DNA of 64,000 nt. Origin: a virus (taxonomy: Duplodnaviria; Caudoviricetes). Shown here in pieces: positions 19,377 to 26,657 of this stretch. The translations under genes were made by a program, and so were the position numbers. The DNA lies in the IMG/VR virus record IMGVR_UViG_3300042318_001133, positions 1 to 64,000 of that record; one strand, written 5' to 3'. The notes beneath the pieces were generated by a model. It was not told the origin of the DNA and did not search any database. It saw only the letters and a program-made list of their open reading frames with translations. Positions within the stretch are counted from its first letter, which is position 1. The number at the start of each line of letters is the position of its first letter.

Positions 19377-19880
19377 CTATGAATTTAGTTTAATTAATAC
19401 ATTTGGTAGCATTTTGAAAACATGCTCAAGTTTATATAATCCCAGTTCAGCATCCTTTGCTCGCGCTCTCTCAAAAGAAACGTCATCTTTACGATCCGCT
19501 CTGGAATAGAATCGCTCCTTCAAAATCTCTGAAGGTACCTGCAACCAAATAGGTTGAATTGAAAGATGTATCGATTCACACTCTTCCAGAATAGCATCAA
19601 AGATACTTTCTTGACGTATTCCTTCGATGATCACTTTTCTTCCACTTGCAAGGGACTTCTTCATTTGTGTAATCATTTCAGTTGCAATCATCTGATCAAG
19701 ATGTGCCGTCTCAGCTAATTTTGATCGCTCAAAGGCGCCCGATATCATCTTTACTACATCGGATGTAGTAATTTGATCGTGAGTATCTGAGAACGTCTTG
19801 CAGAACGTGTTTTTTCCACTGCACAACTCGCCACATACGAAGATGATTTGATTATTCTGTAATTTCGGCTCCGTTTTCAT
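19377..19880 (-). CDS. P-loop nucleoside monophosphate kinase-like protein
   Basis: GELCSGKNT, VIIEGIRQE, lid-like ILKERFYSRADRKDD...RAKDAELG. Confidence 0.75.
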   Translation of the reverse strand: MKTEPKLQNNQIIFVCGELCSGKNTFCKTFSDTHDQITTSDVVKMISGAFERSKLAETAHLDQMIATEMITQMKKSLASGRKVIIEGIRQESIFDAILEECESIHLSIQPIWLQVPSEILKERFYSRADRKDDVSFERARAKDAELGLYKLEHVFKMLPNVLIKLNS

Positions 19881-20199
19881 TGTCTTCTAATATTGAACAG
19901 TAAACTAAATCAAATCGCTGGAATAACTCTCTTGCCAACATTTCACAGCTCATAGCTCCAAGTAAATACGATCTTAGTTGTAGGTCGAAATACTTACTCA
20001 GGTAATCTAAGATGTCGCGCTTAAACATGATAATTTCAACATCACGATCGTCGTGTGTAACTCGCTTCTTACAAGTTACGAAAAACTTGTGGCGGTGTAG
20101 GTCACTTAAAAAGGCCACCTCAGGCAGCATCTCTTTTGCTGCAGGCCAATTATGAATTCCATCGAACTCTAAATTGACGATGATGTTTGTTTTAGACAT
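19852..20199 (-). CDS. QueD-like T-fold paralogue (candidate DpdL, CDG decarboxylase)
   Basis: GIHNWP, LHRHKFFV, DRDVEII, SCEMLA, EDNENGA; second QueD-like protein in the locus. Start taken at MSKTN (20199); ORF track gives 20211. Confidence 0.68.
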   Translation of the reverse strand: MSKTNIIVNLEFDGIHNWPAAKEMLPEVAFLSDLHRHKFFVTCKKRVTHDDRDVEIIMFKRDILDYLSKYFDLQLRSYLLGAMSCEMLARELFQRFDLVYCSILEDNENGAEITE

Positions 20200-21334
20200 A
20201 GTCGTTTTCAATTAATAATTTATATGCATGTTTAATTACTCTTTGTTTATTTTTAGGATTGATTTTAATCTTAATGCCCATCACATCTTCAACTGTATTG
20301 CAAATTTCTCTCGCTGTTAATTGCTGCAAATCCCAGAAATCTTCCACAATCGCCTCAGATAATGTAGTTGTTGCTTTTTTGAGTGTTGTATACTTACTTT
20401 TTGGATTAACTACTGTCAAATAATCTACCTCAACTCCACACAATCTCGACAAACATATTCTCAAATCACTTGCATGTAAAGATAAGACTGAAGTATAGTC
20501 ATCGTCACGATATCCTCCAAAGAGAGATAGCGTCACGGGTACGATAATTTGGTGCTCCGATTCCATTGCAGCAACCCACGCATAGAAAATCTCTGAACAT
20601 CTCAACCACTCTTCTGTAGAACACTGATGACCTAACTGATCCCATTCATGAGAATCGGCTCCATGACACCACACTACGTAATGTACTTCGTTATTCAAAA
20701 AAGCTTTCGTCAACTTTACTAAAGCCTTAGTAAAATCTTTCAAATAAGCTGCATGAGATCCTTGCGGATTGATATTGAAGGGAATTGCTTCACGTAGATC
20801 GGAAACAAACCTTTTCGAGTCTTCAATACTGTTTCCGAAGTGGCCGTCTAAATCTAAAAAAGCAGCCTTGTTGCCAGTCTCTCTATAAATTTTAGTCGCA
20901 GCAATAACTTGACCAGAAAAAGTACAAAAACCAGAACCTTGATCAGGTTTTGCGTGATGAAAGCCTGAAGTTGGACTGAATGTAATTGTCGAAGGTCTCT
21001 CTATTGCAGACAGCATCGCTTCATACAGACTTGCATTTGTGTACGTCAAACTATCAACCAAAGACAGACTCCATGGAAGTCCATTAGATTTATATTGACC
21101 TACACCAGTGAATACATCTTTAACATATCGTTTCGTATGAGCAATCTGAAAGTCTCGAGGAGTAAATGGCTCGAATGTATCGTTAATGGTAAGAAATTCA
21201 CCAAATCCATTGTCGCGTAGATATTGCATCAATAGCGCTGGCTTCATTGGCGATTTCGAATACGACTTCTCACGAATATCGTTAGTACAGACTTGCTTTG
21301 GCGTATAAAACACCTCTATCTTGCGCGCTCTCAT
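20192..21334 (-). CDS. Histone deacetylase-superfamily (HDAC/acetylpolyamine amidohydrolase-like) Zn hydrolase
   Basis: SGFHHA, GFCTF, DLDGHFGN, HGADSHEWDQLG, GGY: full HDAC catalytic and Zn-ligand set. Start taken at MRARK (21334). Confidence 0.88.
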   Translation of the reverse strand: MRARKIEVFYTPKQVCTNDIREKSYSKSPMKPALLMQYLRDNGFGEFLTINDTFEPFTPRDFQIAHTKRYVKDVFTGVGQYKSNGLPWSLSLVDSLTYTNASLYEAMLSAIERPSTITFSPTSGFHHAKPDQGSGFCTFSGQVIAATKIYRETGNKAAFLDLDGHFGNSIEDSKRFVSDLREAIPFNINPQGSHAAYLKDFTKALVKLTKAFLNNEVHYVVWCHGADSHEWDQLGHQCSTEEWLRCSEIFYAWVAAMESEHQIIVPVTLSLFGGYRDDDYTSVLSLHASDLRICLSRLCGVEVDYLTVVNPKSKYTTLKKATTTLSEAIVEDFWDLQQLTAREICNTVEDVMGIKIKINPKNKQRVIKHAYKLLIENDYV

Positions 21335-21335
21335 A

Positions 21336-21533
21336 TTAGTTAAAGTAATATAAAAGTGAAATACCAATTACTGTGAAGATTGCAGCATATACCAGTGTAC
21401 GTCTGAAGGGTCTCATCAAATCTTCAATATCTTCAGATGGGCCCATTTTCTTGAAGCACCAAATAGTATCTATTATACAAGTAACAATGAAGGTTGCCAG
21501 TGTTACGATCATTACGATTGCGTTTGTTTCCAT
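21336..21533 (-). CDS. Small membrane protein (two hydrophobic segments)
   Basis: 65 aa; IVMIVTLATFIVTCII and TLVYAAIFTVIGISLLYYF. Confidence 0.7.
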   Translation of the reverse strand: METNAIVMIVTLATFIVTCIIDTIWCFKKMGPSEDIEDLMRPFRRTLVYAAIFTVIGISLLYYFN

Positions 21534-21560
21534 GTTTACGATTTTAATAATTTGTTTCGA

Positions 21561-21599
21561 TAAAGATACACCAACAAATTAGATATACAACGTATATCT
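21561..21599 (-). promoter_or_regulatory. Promoter: TATCTTTA box plus perfect palindrome AGATATAC-AAC-GTATATCT
   Basis: Box at 21561-21568 and dyad at 21581-21599, lying between a terminator and the start of the HDAC-dpdA operon. Confidence 0.7.
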
Positions 21600-21615
21600 T
21601 TTAAAATGTGAGAAT

Positions 21616-21660
21616 AAAAAACCTCCCATAACTATTTTACCAGTATTTCGGGAGGTTTTT
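21616..21660 (-). terminator. Terminator ending the queD-queE-folE-hpt-dUTPase-like unit
   Basis: Minus strand AAAAACCTCCC...GGGAGGTTTTTT with a long (~22 nt) loop. Confidence 0.65.
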
Positions 21661-21668
21661 AAATGGAA

Positions 21669-22181
21669 TTATTTTATATCTTTTTCACCCTGGAACTGTC
21701 CTGCATACTCTTCCGACAATTGAGTTTCTGCCATTAAGATCTGAGCAACGCGAGATCCGTATTCGATAGTTACAGTATTGTGAACTACCATTACTGCACC
21801 CATGAATTCAGTCTTAAATCCTGGATCGTAAACTGCGCTTTTAATTTCTACCCCCATTCTCAATAGCGAAGATCTATGTACGATCTCCGCTTTGATGTTA
21901 TTCGGCAGACTGCAACCCTGATGAAATGTAATTGAATATACTCCTGGAGCAAGCGCCCACAGCTTCTCTTTTTCGTTATGAGGATTAATCATAAGAGGAA
22001 CAGGAATGTATGCGGATTGATCGATATCCGATCCGCTTTGCGTTAGTTTGTGATTACCTGAGCAGATCTGCTTAACTTGATGTAGTGTTAAGTCATATCC
22101 AACTTGAGCGGCTTTTCCAAAGTGTTTAAATTGATCATTGAATACTAAAATTGATTCAATATTTGCTGCATTAAGATACAT
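21669..22181 (-). CDS. Trimeric dUTPase/dCTP-deaminase-fold protein (archaeal-type dUTPase-like)
   Basis: GYDLTL, HRSSLLRMG, VYDPGF, GSRVAQI, YAGQFQG. Confidence 0.8.
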   Translation of the reverse strand: MYLNAANIESILVFNDQFKHFGKAAQVGYDLTLHQVKQICSGNHKLTQSGSDIDQSAYIPVPLMINPHNEKEKLWALAPGVYSITFHQGCSLPNNIKAEIVHRSSLLRMGVEIKSAVYDPGFKTEFMGAVMVVHNTVTIEYGSRVAQILMAETQLSEEYAGQFQGEKDIK

Positions 22182-22206
22182 AAAACGATTCTTTAAAGTG
22201 AATTAT

Positions 22207-22225
22207 AAATATATGAAGTATATCT
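22207..22225 (-). promoter_or_regulatory. Palindromic promoter/operator variant (AAATATAT-GAA-GTATATCT)
   Basis: Intergenic between hpt and the dUTPase-fold gene. Confidence 0.6.
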
Positions 22226-22230
22226 TTATT

Positions 22231-22746
22231 TTAATCTTTATCAACCCTATAGATAGAAGGAATGTTGCGATTATAAAGGGCGTTATCTAATCCATATCCA
22301 TATACCCAATCATTCTTATCTGCATTGAATACGAAGAAGTCTGGAGGCATAATTGTCGGATCATCTCGACGAATTAATGTGCATGTAGCAATCGATGCCG
22401 GGATAGAGTTCTCGTTGATTTTTTCAATGATCTTCAACATCGTTCCTCCCGTGTCATAGATATCATCTACAATGATAACGTGCTGATTATTTAGATCAAG
22501 ATCCCATAACTTTGTAAAGAACACATTTCCGGCCTTTTTATCTTTGCCGTAACTTGAGCAGCCTACGAAGTCGATCTTCATATCAATATGAATGTGTCGC
22601 ATTAGATCTGCCATAAAAATGACAGCACCATTCAACACTCCCAACATAACAATTTCTTTTCCTTCGTAGGCAATATTAATTGCCTGAGCAACTTCAACGA
22701 CAGCAGACTGAATCTCGTCTGTCGTTCTCCATTCAGAACACTTCAT
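22231..22746 (-). CDS. hpt: Hypoxanthine-guanine phosphoribosyltransferase-like protein
   Basis: GVLNGAVIFMADL, SSYG, PRPP motif VIIVDDIYDTGGT, WVYGYGLD, RNIP. Confidence 0.9.
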   Translation of the reverse strand: MKCSEWRTTDEIQSAVVEVAQAINIAYEGKEIVMLGVLNGAVIFMADLMRHIHIDMKIDFVGCSSYGKDKKAGNVFFTKLWDLDLNNQHVIIVDDIYDTGGTMLKIIEKINENSIPASIATCTLIRRDDPTIMPPDFFVFNADKNDWVYGYGLDNALYNRNIPSIYRVDKD

Positions 22747-22747
22747 A

Positions 22748-23380
22748 TTACTTCAAATCAGCAATGAAGCGATAGAATTCATGTCTCGTACCAATCTCAT
22801 TTGTAAAGAATAGTCCAGACAATTTAGCAGTCTTCATTGTAGAATCATGTCGAACACCTCTACATGAAGCACAAGTATGTTTTGCTTCAATCATGACAGC
22901 GATACCTAAAGCGTCAGGAACTAAATCCTTCAAATAATTATGTATTTGTTGTGTCAAGTTTTCTTGAACTTGAGGACGTCTTGAGAAGTAGTTTACTACA
23001 CGATTCAATTTAGATAAGCCAATTACTTTTCCGTTTGGATTGGGAATGTATGCTACGTGAGCTTTTCCCGTAAATGCTAAGTGATGGTGTGAACACATAC
23101 TTACCATTTCAATGTCTCCTTGGAATACAATTCCGTCGTAATTGTCCGTATTTTCAAATGAAGTGATTTTCGGTGGAGCTTGGAAGCATCCTTCGGCTAA
23201 ATCATTTACCCACGCCTTTGCTACTCTGTTTGGAGTATCTGACGAGTGTGGATCGTTTTTAAAATCAAATCCTAAAGCTTTCATGAACTCTGCATAAGCT
23301 ACTGCAGCTTTAGCGATCATTTCTGCTTTTTCTTCTTTAGTTCTTTCAATAGAACCATTTGCGCGTGTTAGCATTTCCAT
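22748..23380 (-). CDS. folE: GTP cyclohydrolase I
   Basis: [61 protein letters not shown]. Start taken at MEMLT (23380); the longer ORF start overlaps queE. Confidence 0.95.
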   Translation of the reverse strand: MEMLTRANGSIERTKEEKAEMIAKAAVAYAEFMKALGFDFKNDPHSSDTPNRVAKAWVNDLAEGCFQAPPKITSFENTDNYDGIVFQGDIEMVSMCSHHHLAFTGKAHVAYIPNPNGKVIGLSKLNRVVNYFSRRPQVQENLTQQIHNYLKDLVPDALGIAVMIEAKHTCASCRGVRHDSTMKTAKLSGLFFTNEIGTRHEFYRFIADLK

Positions 23381-23421
23381 TATTACAATTTTAAGAATTA
23401 CAAAATTACTACTTGAAAGGA

Positions 23422-24174
23422 TTAGACTCCTCTCTTGTCTCCATATATTACTACATGAAGTCGGTCTGTATAATTGTATCCAGATTTGGTACAAAACTCT
23501 ACTAACCATTTACGATTTTTCTGAAGGGTTTCATTATCCATCCCTTCTGGCATTAGCCAGCACTTATCGTTCGGTACATTCAGTTCTTTTTGAAGTACGA
23601 GAAATTCTTTCAAAGTCGCCTCATCTGAAATGACTGGCTTTAACTGATAATCTGGATGTGATTCGATTAACTGCAGCATCGCTGTAGTGTTCGTTCTCCA
23701 CTTCTCATGTTGGATCTTATCTTTTTCAGTTACCAGTCGATCTAAGTACGGCATAACAGTTCCTGGACGCGGTGTTGAATTAGATAGCTTCGGAGAAAGT
23801 GAAATGCAATCTGCTGATGTTTGCGCAAATTCAGATCCTTCAGTTTCGATCGTAACGTGATGTCCATAAGTCTTCGCAATGCGACAAATTTCTTGCGCCA
23901 AATCTGGATTCATTAAAGGACCTCCACCAGTCAACATTGTATGTTTGATTTGAGGATTGTCTTTGTAGAGTTTGATGACGTCATTTAACGTCGTATTGCC
24001 TTTTTCGGGCTTCCAGCTATTATGCCAAGTGTCGCAAAAGCTATTTGCAAATTGACATCTCAATCGACATCCAGTTGTTCGAATTAGAAGATGAGGAATT
24101 CCTGTAAATTTACCTTCACCTTGAACGCATGGATACATTTCATTGATTGGTACGATTTTCTGATAATCTATCAT
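23422..24174 (-). CDS. queE: 7-carboxy-7-deazaguanine synthase (radical SAM)
   Basis: [21 protein letters not shown]-x6-[36 protein letters not shown]. Start taken at MIDYQ (24174). Confidence 0.93.
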   Translation of the reverse strand: MIDYQKIVPINEMYPCVQGEGKFTGIPHLLIRTTGCRLRCQFANSFCDTWHNSWKPEKGNTTLNDVIKLYKDNPQIKHTMLTGGGPLMNPDLAQEICRIAKTYGHHVTIETEGSEFAQTSADCISLSPKLSNSTPRPGTVMPYLDRLVTEKDKIQHEKWRTNTTAMLQLIESHPDYQLKPVISDEATLKEFLVLQKELNVPNDKCWLMPEGMDNETLQKNRKWLVEFCTKSGYNYTDRLHVVIYGDKRGV

Positions 24175-24175
24175 G

Positions 24176-24664
24176 TTACAATGTATTAAATTTCTCTTCA
24201 CAGTAGATAGCACTATTGCTATCGTTTTCAAAACACTCTACTTTAATCACCTTACAGCGACCCGCATCTGTTTTTGATAGTACTTCATTAAACTTATCGA
24301 AAACCATCTTAGCACACGACTCTGCACCCATTTTCTCCATAAAATGAACCTTACATACACCTTCCATCTGCATTGCTTCAAACAAGTCTCTATATGGATC
24401 ATTTGCTTGAATTAATGTAGTGTGATCCCACATATGATTCATCCAAGACTTTAGACCGTTTCCTACTGGAGCATCTTTAAATCCTCCAAAATCAACAATC
24501 CAATTCATGTCATCTAATTGACGATCAATTTCTGGCTCAACAGAAGCGAACCACACTTTAAACTTTAAAGCGTAACCGTGAAGCAATTCACAGTGAGAAT
24601 GAGAAGCTTTCCATTGACGAATGGCAACTGAATAGTTCTCAAAAATTTTTGTTGAAATAAACAT
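24176..24664 (-). CDS. queD: 6-carboxy-5,6,7,8-tetrahydropterin synthase
   Basis: HSHCELLHGY, WIVDFGG, WDHTTL, GAESCA, VECFEN; adjacent to queE and folE. Confidence 0.88.
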   Translation of the reverse strand: MFISTKIFENYSVAIRQWKASHSHCELLHGYALKFKVWFASVEPEIDRQLDDMNWIVDFGGFKDAPVGNGLKSWMNHMWDHTTLIQANDPYRDLFEAMQMEGVCKVHFMEKMGAESCAKMVFDKFNEVLSKTDAGRCKVIKVECFENDSNSAIYCEEKFNTL

Positions 24665-24674
24665 TTACGATTTA

Positions 24675-25166
24675 TTAAATTATACGCGTGACGCTGTCCA
24701 TCGAGTATGGCTTTAACGATTCACTACCTCTTGGTTTGATAAAGATAACCTTTTTATCGAGATGTACTTCGTATATCTCCCCAATTATAATTTGCTCTTC
24801 GCAGAACACCTTTACTTCTGCACCTTTTGCGTAGTAATTTTCAACATCTAAATGATGTAGTGCTTGTTTATCTTTTTCATCACGATAAACGAAATTTGGT
24901 AAACCTTTCTCTTGGAAAAGTCTTCTATAGAGCGCTTGCTTGATCTCTGGACTTGTGAAAAGAGAAGGTAGGACGTTACGCACCGCAATGTCTTGAATCT
25001 TTTGCTTTTTGTGAAGCATTACTTTTGTATAGTATGCTTTATCTTTTTGTTTGGGATAGATTTTTCGCCTCAACTCTACCGTCAAATACTCAAGTTGAAG
25101 AATTTCAAGAAACTCATAAATTGAGAGATGACGAGTTTTCGATGTTGCTATTTTACTATTTTCCAT
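24675..25166 (-). CDS. Hypothetical protein (possible C-terminal SH3/KOW-like barrel)
   Basis: 163 aa, coupled downstream of primase; beta-rich C-terminus GAEVKV...IIGEIYEV...VIFIK. Confidence 0.7.
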   Translation of the reverse strand: MENSKIATSKTRHLSIYEFLEILQLEYLTVELRRKIYPKQKDKAYYTKVMLHKKQKIQDIAVRNVLPSLFTSPEIKQALYRRLFQEKGLPNFVYRDEKDKQALHHLDVENYYAKGAEVKVFCEEQIIIGEIYEVHLDKKVIFIKPRGSESLKPYSMDSVTRII

Positions 25167-25168
25167 GA

Positions 25169-26200
25169 TTACAATTTTTTCTGTACTTTATTAATGCTAA
25201 AATCAAGCGGTGATTCGAGCGACGCTAAAATTAATAATAATTCTTCTAAATCCAAATCTCCTGGATCGCAAGTTGAAGTAAATCCAACCTCAACTCGAGA
25301 AAATCTTTTAGTTAATTCAAATGCGTACTTTTTACTTGAATCGACTGCATCTGGATCGTAGAGTAAGATGACGTGATCGATTCCCTTATTGTATAGTTTT
25401 TGAATTTGATATTCACTTAACTTTTTACCAAAACTACAAATGCATTTGATGCTGGGATCACTATACAATTCAAGCAATTTATCGACATTGGTCTTATCAA
25501 AGAAACCCTCCACAATAATGACTACTTCAGTTTCACTAACAATTTCATCAATCCCCATCAACAACTTACCAAAGTCTGTATTTACTGAGTTTTGATATCT
25601 GATGTGTCGCTGTTTTGATCCCTGCTCCTTTTTCTTGTTATTGTATTGATCTATCCAAGCCTTTGAACGAATACTTCGACCTACAAACCCTTTACATTCC
25701 CCATCCTCTAAAATCAGGGCAACTACATAATCTTTGAAAGATCTCAATAGCGAAGTCCTACCGATCTGGTATTGATTAAATTGCTCATCGACAAAGCCTC
25801 GCTCGCGCAAATACTCATCTTCAAAGCATCTTCTCCATCCAAGTGGAGGAGTTTTTTTAGGTACTGAAAGATCTAATGGCTCAACAACAACTCTCGATAC
25901 ACGCTTCTCGATCTTCTTTTCAAGTAAGGATCCAACTGCAACTTCACGTCCGAAGTCGATAAGGTTTAACTTACCGAGCTTTGCAAAAAGTTTACGGATT
26001 CGTCCATTTTCACCGCACTTCTTACATTCCCAAAACCAAGACAAATTATCGCCACGCTCATTACGCTTTGTAGTTTCTCTTTGAACGTAGAGGTGATTTG
26101 CACTTTCGCAAAATGGACAAGTAGCGACATAGTGCGTTCCTGTTCCATTTTTCGAAACGTCGGTTAAATTTTCGTAAACGATCGAATCCGTAACTCTCAC
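25169..26200 (-). CDS. dnaG: DNA primase (zinc-binding plus TOPRIM domains)
   Basis: CPFC...H...CKKC zinc motif; YLRERG; IIVEGFFD; LLYDPDA. Confidence 0.88.
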   Translation of the reverse strand: MRVTDSIVYENLTDVSKNGTGTHYVATCPFCESANHLYVQRETTKRNERGDNLSWFWECKKCGENGRIRKLFAKLGKLNLIDFGREVAVGSLLEKKIEKRVSRVVVEPLDLSVPKKTPPLGWRRCFEDEYLRERGFVDEQFNQYQIGRTSLLRSFKDYVVALILEDGECKGFVGRSIRSKAWIDQYNNKKKEQGSKQRHIRYQNSVNTDFGKLLMGIDEIVSETEVVIIVEGFFDKTNVDKLLELYSDPSIKCICSFGKKLSEYQIQKLYNKGIDHVILLYDPDAVDSSKKYAFELTKRFSRVEVGFTSTCDPGDLDLEELLLILASLESPLDFSINKVQKKL

Positions 26201-26655
26201 TATTTTCCAGTTGAACCAAATCCACCCTCTCCTCGATTCGTGTCTCCTAAAGAGTCAACTTCCTCTAATTCAATTACTGGGCATGGTAAAATAATTAACT
26301 GAACACACTTTTCTCCTACAGCGTATTCTTGTATGTCGAATTGTGCATCTTGATCATTTTCATCAAAATTGCGCCACGGCGTTCTTATGAAGCGAGCCTT
26401 AACGTCACCTCTATAATCTGAGTCGATAATTCCAACGGAATTCTTCAACATTAAATCCTTTTTCGTTACAGAGCTACGTGGCACCAACATTCCAAAATAA
26501 CCTTCTGGAATTTCAACTGCAATGTTTGTATTTATTTCGATAAATTGACTCTCTATCGAAATCGATGTTGCGAACAAATCAAATGCCGCAGATCCTACTG
26601 TAGACCTTACTGGAGTAACTGCAGCAACGTCTGTTTTTTTAAACTTCAACTTCAT
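26200..26655 (-). CDS. dut: Trimeric dUTPase (canonical)
   Basis: AAFDL, PRSS, GIIDSDYRG, VQLII, RGEGGFGSTG (motifs I-V). Confidence 0.96.
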   Translation of the reverse strand: MKLKFKKTDVAAVTPVRSTVGSAAFDLFATSISIESQFIEINTNIAVEIPEGYFGMLVPRSSVTKKDLMLKNSVGIIDSDYRGDVKARFIRTPWRNFDENDQDAQFDIQEYAVGEKCVQLIILPCPVIELEEVDSLGDTNRGEGGFGSTGK

Positions 26656-26657
26656 AT

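Noticed and set aside
20192-21334. Eukaryotic contamination or misassembly suggested by the HDAC gene
   Set aside because: It is intronless, has the same composition and strand as its neighbours, and overlaps the downstream phage gene; prokaryotic HDAC-family proteins are well known
23381-23509. 43-aa N-terminal extension of FolE (start 23509, preceded by AAAAATCGTAA)
   Set aside because: It overlaps the queE 3' end by about 88 nt and is not FolE-like; the ATG at 23380 has the typical AAATTGTA context. The upstream motif is probably coincidental with QueE codons (K-N-R-K).
18559-24664. Locus as an auxiliary queuosine tRNA-modification pathway
   Set aside because: No QueC, QueF or QueA is present, and the TGT-fold protein is short with no recognisable Cys-rich Zn site of tRNA TGTs; DNA modification fits better, though it is not proven
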